From: Anthoceros angustus
Taxonomy: Eukaryota > Plantae > Anthocerotophyta
Assembly: GCA_010909165.1 (NCBI GenBank)
Contig: VJWM01000362.1
Span: 1-38,178 of the forward strand
Length of the DNA: 38,178 bases
Direction: 5' to 3'
Made by a program: the position numbers and the translations under genes. Below are positions 35,447 through 38,178 of this stretch, one piece after another (the stretch's first letter is position 1; each line of letters starts with the position of its first letter). The notes below the pieces were generated by a model, which had not been told where the DNA came from, did not search any database, and saw only the letters and a program-made list of their open reading frames with translations.

Positions 35447-36495
35447 CCATGTTTGAAGATAAACAAGCCATAGGGTTACCCATGGATGAACCACTGGACA
35501 ATGGGGATGACTCCTTTGAACACGATAATATTTGAAGCGGCTGAATATACATCAAGCGGCTTTTGACGTGAATATACGCGGAATGGGGTTTTTGATGGGC
35601 ATTGAAATGCCATATTTGAGCATACCCTGCAAAAGAAGGCACACAATTAGGGTGTCGTAGAGAGGTTTATATCTTTTAGCAGCCCACAGTGGTAGACGAA
35701 GGGTTCATACTATAGGATGACCATTATTTTCGATGGAAATGATGCCCATGTTGTTAGTGCATGCGATTCGTTAAACAACAGTAAATGAACATGGACGACC
35801 ATCTCTTGCCATCCGGAAGGGCATGCGGCTAATTCTATATTAGTGCTATACATCCAATCCGGACACGGTTGGCGTCATTGTACTGTGAGGTATGAAGATG
35901 TGGCGCGACTTCTTGCCAATGACCCGACCACTGCGCACAATCCGTGTCGTTGTAGGAAGGAGTTCGTTCCCAAGGGAATAGCGGACTCCGTTGCGGCGTT
36001 CGAGCATTTCGTCTTACTTCGTCCGCCGTCCTACGCACACCCCTTAGTTCACGTCTAGCTACTCGCGACAAACACCGCAGGCCGGTATGGCCAAGCGTTT
36101 GAGACCCGTTCGTCTGTTGCTCCGCTGCTCTCACACCTCTCGGCCCACCTCTCTCACACTACACTTATCGGTCTTAAGGGAAGGCAGCGTGGGTTACATG
36201 CCCCGGACCTCCTCCGTCGTTCCACGGGCCTCTCTCCGTCCAGGCGCCGCCCTCCAAAGTCCCTCCGGCTCCACCGCGTTCGGTCCGTTCGTGATTTGGG
36301 TCGCGGCTGGATGAGCACGGGTCCCCGTCACCACTCCACACACACACCACAACACGTTGGGTCCGTCACGGGACCACTGATCGATTCCTCCGGTCTTTGT
36401 CGTGCCCTGCTCGGTGACTCGGGACTCACGTTATCGGAAGACACAGTGCGCAAAGCAGCATCAACACCAAGGAAAGATGATTTATTCAGGCGGCC

Positions 36496-38178
36496 TGTGG
36501 TGTGGATTCGTGTCCGAGGGGACAAGTGAGGTCCACATTCACCCTCAATGTCGTTGTAGGCTTAGGATTCGCTCCCAAGGGAATGGTTTGTGCCAAGAGG
36601 CGCTAACTTCTATCGCTCACCTTCACCTAAGTCAAGACTTACTTGCTATTACTCCTCTTACCTATCTACTCAACCACTACTACCCCGACTTGTCCACCAT
36701 CTTATTCCACGACCGCAAATCTCATTCCACGCGGCTCTCACCGGGTAGTTGCTTGACCACGAGGTGGGTCCCACACCCAAACCCTAGCGACTTATTTTGC
36801 GCAGCGCCGCGGATCCACAGGCGTCACCCGTGCACGGATCGGCTTTATTCTGCACTCCACTTCATGCACACACACACGATTCCTAGGGACCTAAATTCCA
36901 CAAATCCCTCACGCTCCACACACACACACACAAAGGCGCCACACTCACACAATTTTACAAGGGAGCTGTTCCCCTTGACTTCCACCAGTGCACCGGTTTG
37001 GTTTCTTTTGGATTCACACAATCTCCCGCTAGCCTCTCAATTAGTTCTCAACCCTCTCACACCTCGCGCATCACATGTTTAGTCACTCCCCACCCAATCT
37101 TCTCCCTCTCTCTCTCTCTCCCTCAACTCGCAGCTTCATCCACTCAACACTTCTCTCAATTGAACACAACTAGCGGACAAGTGTGAAGGAAAGAAGAACC
37201 CCAGGCGTCACGGCGGCGTGAGCAAGCTCCGGACCCGCGCCAATCCCTTGGTTTCCTCCCTCACGGGACTCCTCCGTGGCTCTCACCTCGTCCACCCAAG
37301 CTGGACCTCCTCCTCGCTCAACTCCTCCAAAGTCCCTCCTATTTCCACACGCGGCTCTCACCTCGTCCACCCAAGCTGGACCTCCTCGTTACGCTCCTCG
37401 GTTGCTCCTCTCGCTCCGTCATCTCCAAGCAGGGGCCACTAGGGTCCCTGTCTTTGTCCCGTGGCCTTCATCTCCTTGAGCCTTCCGGTCCGTCCGTTGC
37501 GGTGAGTCGAGGCTTCTGCCGGGAGCTCGGCGTGGTAATAGGCAAAGTCAGATCGACTTGTTGGTGCCTCTTCCACGTGTGCCGATACTCCCTCGCCATA
37601 AGTGTTGGGATGGGCGTCTTTGCCGGCTTGTTGGGCCACCTCTCCTGCCCGGTTGGTGGGCGGGCGTATCACGCGAGGCTGACCTCGGTCACCTCCTGCA
37701 TTGCCTGTTGCTCACGCTCCACTCCGTCGTTCCACGGGCCTCTCGTCCTCCATTGCGGCTTACCGCCATGGCGGCGTTCCCCGCCTTTCTTTTGGTGGCG
37801 GCTTCTTTTACGCTTCCGGTGCTCGCTCCTCCGTTCATTACGGCCTTTAGCTCATGACTCCTCTCTCACACCTCGTCCACCCAAGCTGGACCTCCTCGTC
37901 CACCCAAGCTGGACCTCCTCCTTTGTCGGCAAGATTGCTTTATCACCCCTCCTCCGTCTTGAAGGCTGACACTCTCGTGCTCAGTCGTGGATTCTCTCGT
38001 TGAGAATCACTGCTTTGCTCAAGCGCATCTTGGGTTGTAGCTCGGCGTGTCCTTCTCCTCCATTCTGCCGCCACGAGCTCTCACCTCGTCCACTCCTCTC
38101 TCACACCTCGTCCACCCAAGCTGGACCTCCTCCTTTGTCGCGGCCTTGAGAGCCTCGGTACTGCTGACTCTCTCCACG
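36496..38178 (-). mobile_element. LTR-like element related to the right end of the 13842-28294 insert, in inverted orientation, running off the window
   Basis: 36496-36605 aligns by eye to the reverse complement of 28190-28294 (CCACATTCACC..TGTCGTT.TAG...TAGGATTCG.TCCCAAGGGAATGGTTT), with patchy similarity for a further ~300 bp. Confidence 0.6.
37280..38135. repeat. Dispersed/tandem ~30-bp motif CACCTCGTCCACCCAAGCTGGACCTCCTC
   Basis: Copies at ~37284, 37359, 37869, 37893 and 38105. Confidence 0.85.

Noticed and set aside
36402-37969. ORFs of 226 and 171 aa
   Set aside because: Low-complexity translations across an LTR-like boundary and repeats, with no domain motifs.

Overview
Land-plant nuclear DNA. 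Short GT-AG introns and TE types hint at a compact bryophyte or lycophyte genome (inference only). It appears to come from an under-polished long-read assembly, because nearly every frameshift in the recognisable genes is a 1-2 bp loss in a homopolymer or dinucleotide run. The left ~12.5 kb is genic: a TMEM45/DUF716-family membrane protein (+, ~2441-3388), an unidentified frameshifted ORF chain with an internal ~190-bp repeat (+, ~5257-6738), and a 13-exon SKOR/GORK-clade outward-rectifying Shaker K+ channel (-, 6935-11219). The right ~25 kb is a nested transposon cluster. A Ty1/copia element (gag/protease at 28.3-29.9 kb, integrase at 13.2-13.8 kb) is split by a ~14.45-kb insert flanked by AGTGT target-site duplications. 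The region also has further copia gag relics, two different tRNA-iMet primer-binding sites, three related LTR-like termini, several minisatellites, and many tandem duplications with microhomology at their junctions. No CRISPR, rRNA or intact tRNA gene is supportable. I found no clearly novel biological system; the best leads are the nested insert and its unclassified cargo, the duplication pattern, the channel's regulatory insertion, and the orphan ORF.
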